Shown one piece after another: positions 37,503 through 49,500 of a stretch of 64,000 nt of DNA (the stretch's first letter is position 1; each line of letters starts with the position of its first letter). Location: assembly GCA_965202585.1 (NCBI GenBank), contig OZ241827.1, positions 22,568,001 through 22,632,000 of the forward strand, read 5' to 3'. The notes under the pieces are model-generated. The model had not been told where the DNA came from. It did not search any database and saw only the letters and a list, made by a program, of their open reading frames with translations. Position numbers and translations under genes: made by a program. This DNA is from Thalia democratica (Eukaryota).

Positions 37503-40500
37503 GTAAGTTTCAAGTTTTTAAAGATTTTTTGTTTTTTTAACACTTAGTCTTTATAGAATTTCATTATTTATTTGTTTACAATTATGGTTTAACCTAAAAT
37601 ACTTATGTAAAAGACTTTGGTTTTTATGTTACAGCAATTTACTTGATAGCTAGATTGACTGCAACACTTTATTTGCTTAAATGAAATTTTTATGACAGTT
37701 TTGTTTTATCAAAACTTAAAATTTACAATCTAAATACTAAAGTGCTTATTATTTCACTGTGTTTTACACAATGACTTTAAAAAAAAGTTCAGTTGTTAAA
37801 TTTTTAAAATATTTTTTTTTACTTAGATTTAGATTTTTATTGCAGTTGCCTCATGGTTTATTTAATTTTTGTCTCAATGTATTGGATATTAATTTTTATG
37901 AAGTTTAAATTTGTTAAATTCTTTTATATTTTAAATCAATATTTAGTGCTTTGTCAAACAGCTAAAGTTTTTATTTGATTAATGATCTGTTTCTTTAAGT
38001 TTTAAATAACATAAAAGTATTCTCCATATAAAATATAAGCTAATAGTTTTTAACAAACCACATAGGCTCTTTGCCATATGATACTGGTGCAGAATACAAT
38101 GATTCAGTAGCTACAGATTACATTTACAATGAAAATGGTCAATATGAGTACTATAATGAGGTATTTTATGTTATATATTTGATATTAATTTTTTAAATTT
38201 TAAATAAATTTCTTAAGTCTTAAATTACAAATTGAGTAGGTAATTTCTTTAAATAGATGTAAGATGTTTTGTAAGTAGAAAAAGGGTTAAGACCCAACTT
38301 ATGTACTTTTGTATTAATTTAATGGTTTTCACTTACTTTGTATGTTTTATATTGAATATAGTTACAATTTTATATAATATTTCAAGTTTATATAATTTTC
38401 AAGTATAGTTGATTTAATATAAAATCTTTCATAACTTTAACTAAAAAATGTTATTATTAAAGACAAGTCTATAAATAAATTTTATTAAAGTTTTATTTTA
38501 GACTAAAATAAAAGTATTTTATTTAGTGTAAAATTTAGTACAAAACTATATTTTAAAAAAAGTAATAATATGTGTGATTTAAAAAAATTGATTTACATTA
38601 AATCTGTTTTTGCTTGATTGATTGAATAAGCTTCTCTATATAGGCTAAAAATAAAATTTTAAAATAGTTTATTTAAAAGGTACTTATTTGAAAATTTGTT
38701 TTATTTTTTAACTCATTAATTTATCTAAATTTCTATTACAATTTGTCAATTAAGATTTAATTCACTTTTGTAGATATGATTGTCCAGCAAACCCTTTAGT
38801 TTTATTTCTCATATTAGTGATTTAGTAGACAAGCCCTAATACAAGTTAGCAAAAATTAGTTTTGGAGTTAAAGTTTTGAATATTTAGTTTATTGAAAATG
38901 TCAACTGTTTATAGAAAATTTTTATATGTCTAAGCTTACAATCTATTTTTAACTAGAATTTTTATTTGATTTGAATTTCAATGTATATGTTTATAAAGTA
39001 AATGTCTTGATTTTTGAGTGTAGGACTGTTTGAATTCCGACAATTCCTTACTTTAAATATGAAAAAACTAAAAGTTTATCCATGAGCAGTAAAGGAGCCA
39101 CAGGGGATCCATGAGGTCATAATTTGAAACTTACACTAGATATTCTGGAGTTAATGTTGAAGAGCAAAAAAAAGTCTTAAGTGTTTTTAATGGTATTGTT
39201 GAAGGGGCCATAGCTTTTTTAATTTCTTTAAAGGGGGCCATTTAAAAAAAAGTTTGAGAAACCCTGATTTAGACATAAAAAAGCTTTGCTTTGAATATAT
39301 AACTTTTGAGACATTGCCGGCCGCTTAAACACACTAGTCTAAAGTCTAAATGAAAACATTAGATTCAGGCTGTTTAAAACTAGATTAAATTTTCACAGGA
39401 TTCTACATTAGAGTGTTATTGTAATGAGGTAGGCCCTAATTGTATTGAAGGAACATGCTACACTGACCACGCATGCTATCATATTGTTGACAAGGAGTAA
39501 GTTTTTATTATTTAGCATATTACCTTCAGTTTTAATATTTAAAGTTATTGATGTTATATATTTATAACTATATCATGATTAAGTTATAAAAGTACTTTTA
39601 TAGTTGGATATTTTTTAGAAAAAGCAAACCAAGGTTTGGTTGCCACTTATCTCGTGAGCATGTGCAGCTGATGTGTGTACCCAACATTGGCATGACGTGT
39701 TGTGAAGAAAGCTTTTGTAATGATCCATCCAATTTTACAGGTTTTTATCAGCAAAATTTGATTTTTGTCTAAAAAAATGTACATGGTTTTTTACAAGTAT
39801 TAATTTTAAATCTATTAAAAGGTTTTTTACTGTTTTTTTTATAAACAGCAGTTTCTGAGCTAAAGTTCTTAAAACTAATCATGAAACAGTTACCAAATTT
39901 TTGTTTACTGCACCAGAAAAAGAATCGGATGCAATCAGAGTGATAATAATTGTGGTTATTTGCGTTGTGGTGTTTGTTTTGGGCGTTGGGGTGATGTTTG
40001 TCCTTTACAAAATCAACAAGTGTCACAAAAACAAAATGATGGTTTGTTTACTTTAATAATTATACGTTTTAAAATTATTTTATTAAGTGATTATTTTTTA
40101 AAAATTTAACCTCTGTTTAATTTTGTAAACTAACTGAGTTAATTTTTCTTTCTAAAGCGTTTCTATTATATTTCGAAATATTTAAAACTACTTTCGGTCC
40201 ATACACTTTTTAAGTGTGTTAGCATTTAATATTTACCTATCATAAGTTTACTTTATTTCTAACTGCAATATAAGTCTTAATAATTCAAACTAAATACACG
40301 CAGGAGATGGAAATTCACAGAAAGTCAGGAAGATTGGAAGGTGGACTAAGAACTACCGCAGTTGGTGACAGCACTTTGGCTGTGAGTAGTTTGTTATTTG
40401 TGACTAAACAAATGTTGTTCTTAAAAAATGTTTCAACTTAAGTTTGTACAATTTCAATGCGTTTTTCATAAAAGTATACAGTTACTTTATATAAATATAC

Positions 40501-43500
40501 TCAAATGTTTGTTTATTATTAATAAGATGTACAACCTTAATTCAGTCTGTAGAAATGCTTTTACACTAACGTGTGCCTTTAAACGCGTTGAGCTGTGAAA
40601 TTTGTTCTTGAAACCTCGCGAAAATCTTTCAGGACTGGATGAACAGCGCAACGTCCGGCAGCGGGTCCGGTTTGCCATTTTTGCAGCAACGGACGATGGC
40701 AAAACAAATTGAACTCCAGGACCGCATTGGTAAATAATTAACTTGAAATTGTTTTTTTTTTATTAGTTGTAAACTTACACTTGTTGTTGTCACATATTCT
40801 GATATAAGTTTAGGTTTATAAATGTTGTAGGTAATTTATGATTAACAGCTATTTTAACTTTAACATGATTCTAATGACTTAAGTTTGCTTTTGTTTGTAC
40901 TCTAAAACTAGTTTAACATTTTCAAACCAGATATTTTTGGGTTTTAATCTAAATCAAAATACATGCATTTATACTATTTATTTTAGTTTAAAAATATTTG
41001 TAGTTTCAACCTTACAAAATACAATTTTTTTAATTAAGTATTATCTTATTCAAATAAAACATTCATCCTTTGCAAATTGTCGGTTTTATTCAAGTCTTTA
41101 ACATTTTAAATAAATTTTATAATAAACAGAAGTTTTAATATTAATAAATAATAAAATGTGTTTGCGTAAAAAAACATGCATAAAAACAATAACCCAAAGA
41201 AAACGCATTGTCATTTAAAGAAAGTATTGATAACAACATCTAAAGTGCTTTTAAAAATGCTTCAAAACTAAAAGTTAACAAAAATGGTACATTTTTATCA
41301 GACTTCGATTGTTCAACAAAAATTGCAAACAGGCAAGGGAAGGTACGGCGAGGTGTGGAAGGGGAACTTCCAGGGGGAGACGGTGGCGGTGAAGGTGTTC
41401 TCGTCCAGGGACGAGCAGAGCTGGGCGCGGGAGACGGAGATCTACAACACGGTGATGCTGAGGCACAACAACGTGCTCGGCTACATCGGCTCCGACATGA
41501 CCAGCAAGAACTCCGAAACCGAGGTTTGCTGTTGTGTGTGTGTGGTTGCTATGTTGTGTTGAAAATAAGTAAAATACGGTTGTGTCTTCATTTTTATGTA
41601 TAGCTGGTAAATCAGAGTTGAACAAGTTTTATTTCTTTGAGTGGGTTTACTCTTAATATGTACTTAAAATAGGTAGCAGTTTCAAAGGCATAAATTTAAG
41701 TGATATAAACTTTAAGCCTTAAGCTTGTGATTTTTATCAAACAATTTCCGAATGCAACCAATCAAGTTATATATAGTTTTGTGTGTCTTTTCTTAAATGA
41801 AAAGCGTATTAAACAAATAAGAAAAATGACAACTTCACACAAAAAAAACCAACAGATGTGGCTGGTGTGCTACTACCACAGGCACGGTTCCTTGTACGAC
41901 TACCTGCAGCAGAACGTGCTGGATCATCGGCACGCGATAAGGCTGGCGCTGACCGCAGCGAACGGGCTCGCTCACCTGCACACAGCCATATTCGGCGTCA
42001 GGGTTCGTTGTTTAACATACTATAATTATAAAATGGTTTTTTTGTTGTATGAATTCAATTTAGAAGTTGTTGCAACAAGTGTGTTTAGCTGAAAGTATGA
42101 GAGATCATATTCGGCGTCAGGGTCGGTTGCTGTTTGTCAATTTACTTTTACGTTCACTTTTTTGTTTTTTGTATAGGAACTGTTAGAAAAGTTTTGGTAG
42201 TTTTCTACGTGTTTAAGCTTTTGCTGCGAAATGTTATTTAGCTTAAAGTAAAAAGAAGATGATTGTAAAAACTTTAGGTACTTTTTAAAGCACCATCTTA
42301 TTCTATACTGCTTTAGTGTTTCCATACCAATTAATACTGTTTTAGTTAGTTTGAATCGTGGTATTTATATTATATACGTACTGAGAGCACGAGTATAGTA
42401 CTCTTAATAAGTAAAAAATTCTTATCAAGTTTACTAACAATATTTTTCTTTTGTATACAATTTTTGTGTTTAATACTTTTGCTAGTCATTACCTAATGCT
42501 TAATTAAATATTTTTTGTAATCAAATCTTTGCTTTAATATGTTAATGGTTACCTTATTTAAATCACATTTTGTATAAATTTTTCTTACATTTTAATTCAA
42601 GCTTTTATAGTTTCATTAATATAAAAAACAAATAATATTAGCTGAACCAGACGTTTTGTAAATTTGTCAACAAAGAAACACAATGTAATGATGTCGAAAA
42701 ATTGTTTATTAGAAAGTGTTGTAACGTTTTATGCATAAGTTTATGTATACTGAAAATAATAACTTACTAAAAAGTGTGTGAACACTAAAACAACTAAATG
42801 TTAAAAGTTTTTTTTGATACTGTTGAAAATTATATATTTATACAGTTACCTAAAACCTTTAGTGTACTTATAAAAGTGGACAAAAATGACATGAGACTAA
42901 TCTAACTTCTAAAGTTAATCTTACAAGAGTATTAAATTTGTTTTGAAGTTTTTCTTTGAGGTTTATAAACTTCTAATACGTTAGATACAAATTTGATCTA
43001 GAGTTGACGAGCTTAATATCTGTGATCATAATACACTTTTTTAAACATAGATTAATCAAGTTTTATAAATTAACCTTATAAATGATTGTTCATTAATTGA
43101 AAAGGGTATTTAATAAATTCATTTTAAACACAAACAAAAGTTTTAAATAATTATCAGCCGGTTTTTCTGAGAAACTCTAAAAACAGTCGACACCTTCCTA
43201 GGGACAAGTCAAGTTTACTTTTCAATCAGGGAATTTTCCCCCCTGTTATTCCGGGAAAATACTAGCGAGAAGGAGGCAATTACACGCAATACGAGGCAAT
43301 AAGCTGGCTGGTTGATGCGTATTTGAACTTACATGTTAGCTGTCGGCGCCTCAATGTCTGTATAGAACCTTTGGCTGCTCGGTCAAGCGTTAACTTCACT
43401 CATTGCCTTTTAATTTGCACCAGATCTCGTCGATAATCGCCGGATTTGGTCTTAAGTTTTATAAGCGATGAGCTGGAGTAAATAATGAGATCGTTAAAAG

Positions 43501-46500
43501 TGTATTCGATCACCATTTCGGATAAATTATTCGGATTTATTTTGATAAATGGTCTAAAAAATAACGAACTTTTAAAGGTTTAATTGTACAATAAATCATT
43601 TTTGTTGAAGTTCTTACAAAAAATAAACGGCTGTAATGTATTGTGTTGTTTTTAGTGTATAAATCTGATTTATCTCAGATTTCAACTTTAACATATTTGT
43701 CTTAACTAAGTGGTTTTCGTGCTATAAGGCACGAAAGTTTCGATTGTTTGTTTTTAAATAAAACCAGTATTTTTATAAACCTCTGTTGTAATAACAACTT
43801 TTATTGTTTACAAACAAAGCACTTGAAAATATTCCGAGCACTTTGTCTTAAAAAATTTTATTATATAGTTTATAAATATATACGAATCAAACATATTTTA
43901 TTGAATCACACTTGATTTTTTTGGGTATGTTTTTCTAAACTATAAACATTTTTTTCATTTATTTTGTAATTTTTTTTATACTGTTGAACAATATTTTTTA
44001 TAGGTTATTTTTTCTAACTTTACTTACTTGGTATGTTACGTACGTTTTTAAAAGTTTATGTTTTGGTAAAAAATAGTTTAAAGTAAGTTTTAACATAAGT
44101 TAAACACATAAAATACATTTGAAACTAAAGTTTGTTAACTTACAGGGAAAATCAGCAATAGCACACAGGGATATCAAAAGTAAAAATATTTTAGTCAAAG
44201 ATGATCTTACTTGCTGCGTTGCAGATTTAGGTAAGTTGTTGGGTAAATTTATGTATTTTTTTTTTCTGTAAACAAATTTGATGTCTTCATTTGTTCATGT
44301 TTAGTTGGGTAAACTTTGAATTTTTTGCCAAAAACTTTGTTCCAAAATTTTGAAACTTTCAGCTGAAAATTAGCTGTCAAAAAAGTTGTCAAAATTTATC
44401 ACGGCAGTGACTCAGTTTGAAGTGTATAATCTCTTTGTATATAACCTTATCTCTGTTTTACAATAAGTTTGCTCGAGAGTTTCACATGGTGCTTAGATTT
44501 TTTTAATGTAAAGCTTAATTCAAGTTTTATAGTAATTTTTAAGGGACCATATATCAAAAAATAACTCAAATTTTAATAACATGAATTATTTAGCAGAAAG
44601 TCTAATTGATAAGATTATGAGGCAGGGTTGTCAGAAAACTTGGAATCCTGGAATTTGAGAAATTATGATAAATCTTGGAATTTTGAACAAAATTCACTAA
44701 AAAACTTGGAAAAATCTTAAATTTCAAACAAATATTACATGTTTGGTTGTAAAATTTTGATTTGACACAAAAAATCTATCATATTGATAAAAACAACACA
44801 TTTAAAGTAGCTTTACAGTATCTTTTAAATTTTATTATTCTACTTAACGAAGTTTTAAACCTTAAACTTAACTTTAAACTAAAAATAGACCCAAAAACGC
44901 GTACTTTCAAAAACCTGGAAGAAATTTACAAAAAACTTTTGGCAACCCTGTGACGATAAGAAAAATTGAAAATAATATTTATTGAGAGACCAAAATAATA
45001 AATATGAACAATAGTCACAATTTAACAAGTTTTAATTTTCTTTTAGCCTTAATTCAAAAAAAAATTGATAAAAAAACAGTCACAAAGTTTAAATAAACAA
45101 GATTATGATGGAAAAAAAAAGTGATAACTTTCATCAACTCATAATTTTCGCAATTTAAATCATTGTGGTTAAAAACAAGCACGTAACAATAAGCCACGGA
45201 AAATACTACACACTACAGAATTGAATTTTTTTTTTTTCAAAAGTCAAAAAGTTTGCAGTTGTGTAAGCGATCAATTAAAAGCACATGAAGTAATCGGACG
45301 TTGAATAAGTGGCAGCATCTGCAGTGTGTCAGCTAATCAGCCAGTTATGTTTGCCAGCCTTTCCACTGCCTGTTGTGTGCTAGGAACTGGTGTTTTTTAA
45401 TTTAAATAAAGTTAGGTGTTTTGCGAAGTTAAACCTGTGTTATGCCATAAGCATGTGTTATACGTTGGTATTTATTTGACTTAGATTGTATAATGAAATT
45501 CAAATATAAATATGTGAGCTCCATTGTGTTTGAAAGTTATTTATATCTTTTTTAAAGTAAACAAACTGACCAACAATACAATATTTTGAAGTTACCAACA
45601 CTAATTCATAAGTTTATTGAGCACACAATAATTTTGAAAGTAGAAAGTATGCACGTAAATTTAAAGTTATTTAAAAAAAATTTTTTTAAATAGTATATAT
45701 TTTCCTAACAGGGTTGGCAGTAACGCAGAATCAGAAGGACCAGACGATGAACATACCCAAGCACAACTACAGAGTTGGCACTAAAAGGTACATGTCGCCC
45801 GAGGTTCGTTTAAATGTGAAGCTTTTTAATTAAACTTATATAAATAGAATTTTTTTGATTAAAACTTAATTTTTTTCATAAAATTAATTTTTTTTTGAGT
45901 TTTAATACTTTAATTGTATTGTTTTATTAAGTCGTTTGATTTTCAACTTTGCTGTTAAAACTAATTACTTCCCGAAAACTGCTATTATCTTTAATTTTTC
46001 CCACAGTATTTACCAATAAAAAGTTTAGCAGAACTCCCATTTTATCAAAAAACTTGACCAAAGTTGCCACTTTATCACTTTGTACAAAACCTTGAATTTA
46101 TATTAAATTGAGTTGTCAGAATCTCGGTTTTTATCATAAATGTGTGTAGCAACCCCGCCGTGAAGATGAAACTCAAAAGTGATAAGTTTAAATTTATAAT
46201 AAATCATAAATAAAATTGTTCTGTTGTACTGCTGTTAAATGCTATTCAATGTTTTTACTTATTTCTATTTAATTTTTAGTTCTATTGACTTTTTAAAGTT
46301 TTATGAAACTAATTCAATGAAACAAAAAAGTTTGAAGAACCGCACTGAAAAATCAAAGTTAAAAAAATAGTTTTTAATTAATTATTTGAGTTAATGAAAT
46401 AAATTGATATTTCACCACTTTGTTGACTGAGTGTACTTTTTAATCCATGAAATTTTTCAACTTACTAAGAAAGTTCACATAACCTTTGTAGTCATAACGG

Positions 46501-49500
46501 TAAATAAAAAAAAATCAAACCTTGACACTCACACAACCTTAATCGCCTTGCAACTTGAGCTAACGACCTACTTGTGAAGTAATTCTGTCAGCTAGTAAAT
46601 ATTTAACTTACCAAAAATGAAAACAAAATTTAAGCTTGCTTCGTTTGAAAATTCCTTTCAAGTTTTTTAATTGTTTTTAAAAGAACTTAATAGCAGATTG
46701 AGCGACCAGAATTGATTATTTTGTTGTTGGAGTTTTGTCAACTTTGATGTTTAATTTCTTTTTCAACTGTGTTTTGCAGCTGCTTATACGAAAATAAACT
46801 TTATTGTTTTTTTTCACAATTAGCTTCTGTTTTATTTCAAATTATTATTTTATCTATCTTCATAACTGAAGATATTTGTTTTTTTTAAAAGCTAAGATAT
46901 TCATAAAACTGGTCTACGTGTTTATCCTTGTTTATTTGATAGAAATATATGTCAATTGGTTGTGAAACGTACAAATATAGTTCTTATTTTGAACGTTCAA
47001 ACGTTTTTTTTTCGTTTTTTAAAGGTCAAACTAAGATTTTTTATGTAAAAAAATCAAACAATATTTTGTATGTACAATAAATGAATTTGGTTAATTTGTA
47101 TTCTGTTGATTATACCGTCAATGCTAGATATATACAGGGCTGCCAAAAAACCTGGAATCCTGGAGTTTGACAATTTAGGCTAAAAAAAACTTTGAGAAAC
47201 CTGGAACTTAAAAAAATTGAAAAAAAACCTGGAATTTTGAACAACTTATACATAAATAGTTAAATTTCGATTTGACACAAAAAATCTATCGTATAGATTT
47301 ATGTCATCATCTAAATTTTTTATTTAAAAACGCATTTCAAGAAGCTTGCACATATCTTTTCAATGTCTATAAACTATTTAATACAGTATTTTACCTTAAA
47401 CTTACCTTTAAACTAAAAGACCCTAAAGCGTGTAATTTTAAAACCTCGAAGAAATTTAAAAAACCTAGAGAAAATTTTCCATGAACATTTGGCCACCCTG
47501 TATATATTTTTAGTTGTTTTTTTATTACTAGCCTAATTGAAATAAGTTGGTTTGAAAGTTTTCACGTAAATAGATATACTAATATATAGTTTTAATCCAT
47601 ATTATTCTTTTTACTGATTAGGACTCACGCTAGTTGTAGTTTTGTTCAAGTTGTAGTTGTTTTGTAAATTTTCTGTGTTGTTATCTGAAGGTATGCAAAG
47701 ATTTACAATCGGCTAACACGCTTACATAGTTTCATTATTTATTAAATCAACTAAAGCTAAGTAAAAAGCTGTCAACTAAATGATGTCATGACGTTTTCAA
47801 CTCAATTATGACGTGATAGGCATTTAATTTGGTCAACTTATTTGTTTCTCTACATGTAAGTGTTAGATAAAAATTTTAAGTTTATTTTGCTAGCTTTAAC
47901 AAAACGTTTTTTTTTTTTGAAAATGCCCGTGTATCATATATAGACGATTGTATTATACGACGTCATATAACTCGGTTGTGACGCAACAGGCGTTGGACGA
48001 GTCGCTGAACAGCTTGGATTTCGAGTCATTCAAGCAGGCCGACGTGTACGCGTTCGCACTGGTGCTGTGGGAAATCATGAGAAGGTGCGCTGGTGCCGAC
48101 GGTCGGTTGAAAAAATAATTTATTGTTTTGAGTTAAATAACTTTGTTTTGTATTCTGCAATAGTAAAACGCTCGCTAATTTTTTTTGAAGAAAAATGCAT
48201 TTAAAGTTTTTTTAAAGCTGTGTTCAGTAAAAATAGCTATAATGATACAACACATGTTTTTTTTATTATTAGAAAAGTCTTTGTAGTGTTTTTTTTGAAG
48301 TTATTGCAATATTTGTGCGATTTCACTACAAACTCAATTTTTAATTAGTTAATTAAAATCACCAAATTGAACTGTAGTTGTTTATTTGGATGAATTTACT
48401 TAATCTCAGATGCATAGTGCTAATTTAATGTAAACTTATTGTCCAAGTTAAGAATTTACTCTTTCAGTGAGTTTTTAGTTAACTTTTAAACTTAATAAAT
48501 TGCATGCCATTAAATTTGACATTTTCTATATGACAAGTGTTTCAAAAGTAGCAAACACAACTCTATCATAACTTAATTGTTTTACTCAAAACTAAAAAAC
48601 AACTTTTTTTAAATTCCTGCAATCTCACACATGTTGCAGGCAAACCGGACGCTTACCAGCCGCCATACTACGACGTGGTCAAGTACGATCCCAGCTTCGA
48701 GAAGATGAGAAGCGTCGTCTGCGATGAAGTGTACCGGCCACAAGTGTCACCGAGGTGGAACGACGACAAGGTTGCGTGATTGAAATGTTTTTTTTTGGAT
48801 AAAATTGACTTTAGTCGTTAATGTATGCAACGTTGGCTTGCGAGTTAAGCTGCTAGTCCTTTTGAATAGTATAAGTTGAATTTTTATTATGACTTTATTT
48901 AAACAGTTTGATATTTTTTTAAATGTTAGCTTTTTAAAAGTTAGTGTGACTTAATACACTTTATAGTTAATGAATTCAAACAAAATAACTGAGTATAAGG
49001 TCAATAATTTTGTTGTTTACATTTTATTACACAATATATATATATATAATTATTTACTAAATGAGCTCATCAAAAAATTTTAGTGTTCTTAAAAACTATT
49101 AAAATTTCATTCCATGATTATACACGAGTTTTTTTTTTCACATAATTATTTTCAATAATGCTCATCTTTCCTATCACACATACTCAGGTATTGAATTGCG
49201 TGAGCCACATTATGAAGGAGTCTTGGTGCGGCCGACCTTCAAAAAGACTGACAATTCACAGAATCAAAAAATCGCTTCAGAAGGCGTTTGACTTGGTTGG
49301 TTTGCTCAATTTAATTAGGAATTTTTAACGTTTATATTATTGATTAATATTTAATAAATTAGTTTGACAGCATAAATTTGTTATTTTTCGTTGAAAAAAG
49401 GTTTAGTTAAACCGCTCACTTATTGAATATGTCATTTCTTTCTTGGAGTATGCAGTGATCACAAACTTTGAAATCCGTCACAAATAAAGCCAATTAAATC

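Noticed and set aside
40633-40729. Lys at the position of human ACVR1 R206 (FOP site): RTMAKQI
   Set aside because: It is a conservative change, and Lys is the normal residue at this position in BMPR1A-type receptors, so there is no evidence of constitutive activation.
41275-41625. Minus-strand 116-aa ORF and alternative-frame 82-aa ORF (also 40487-40702 and 50291-50551)
   Set aside because: These are shadow frames of GC-rich ACVR1 exons.
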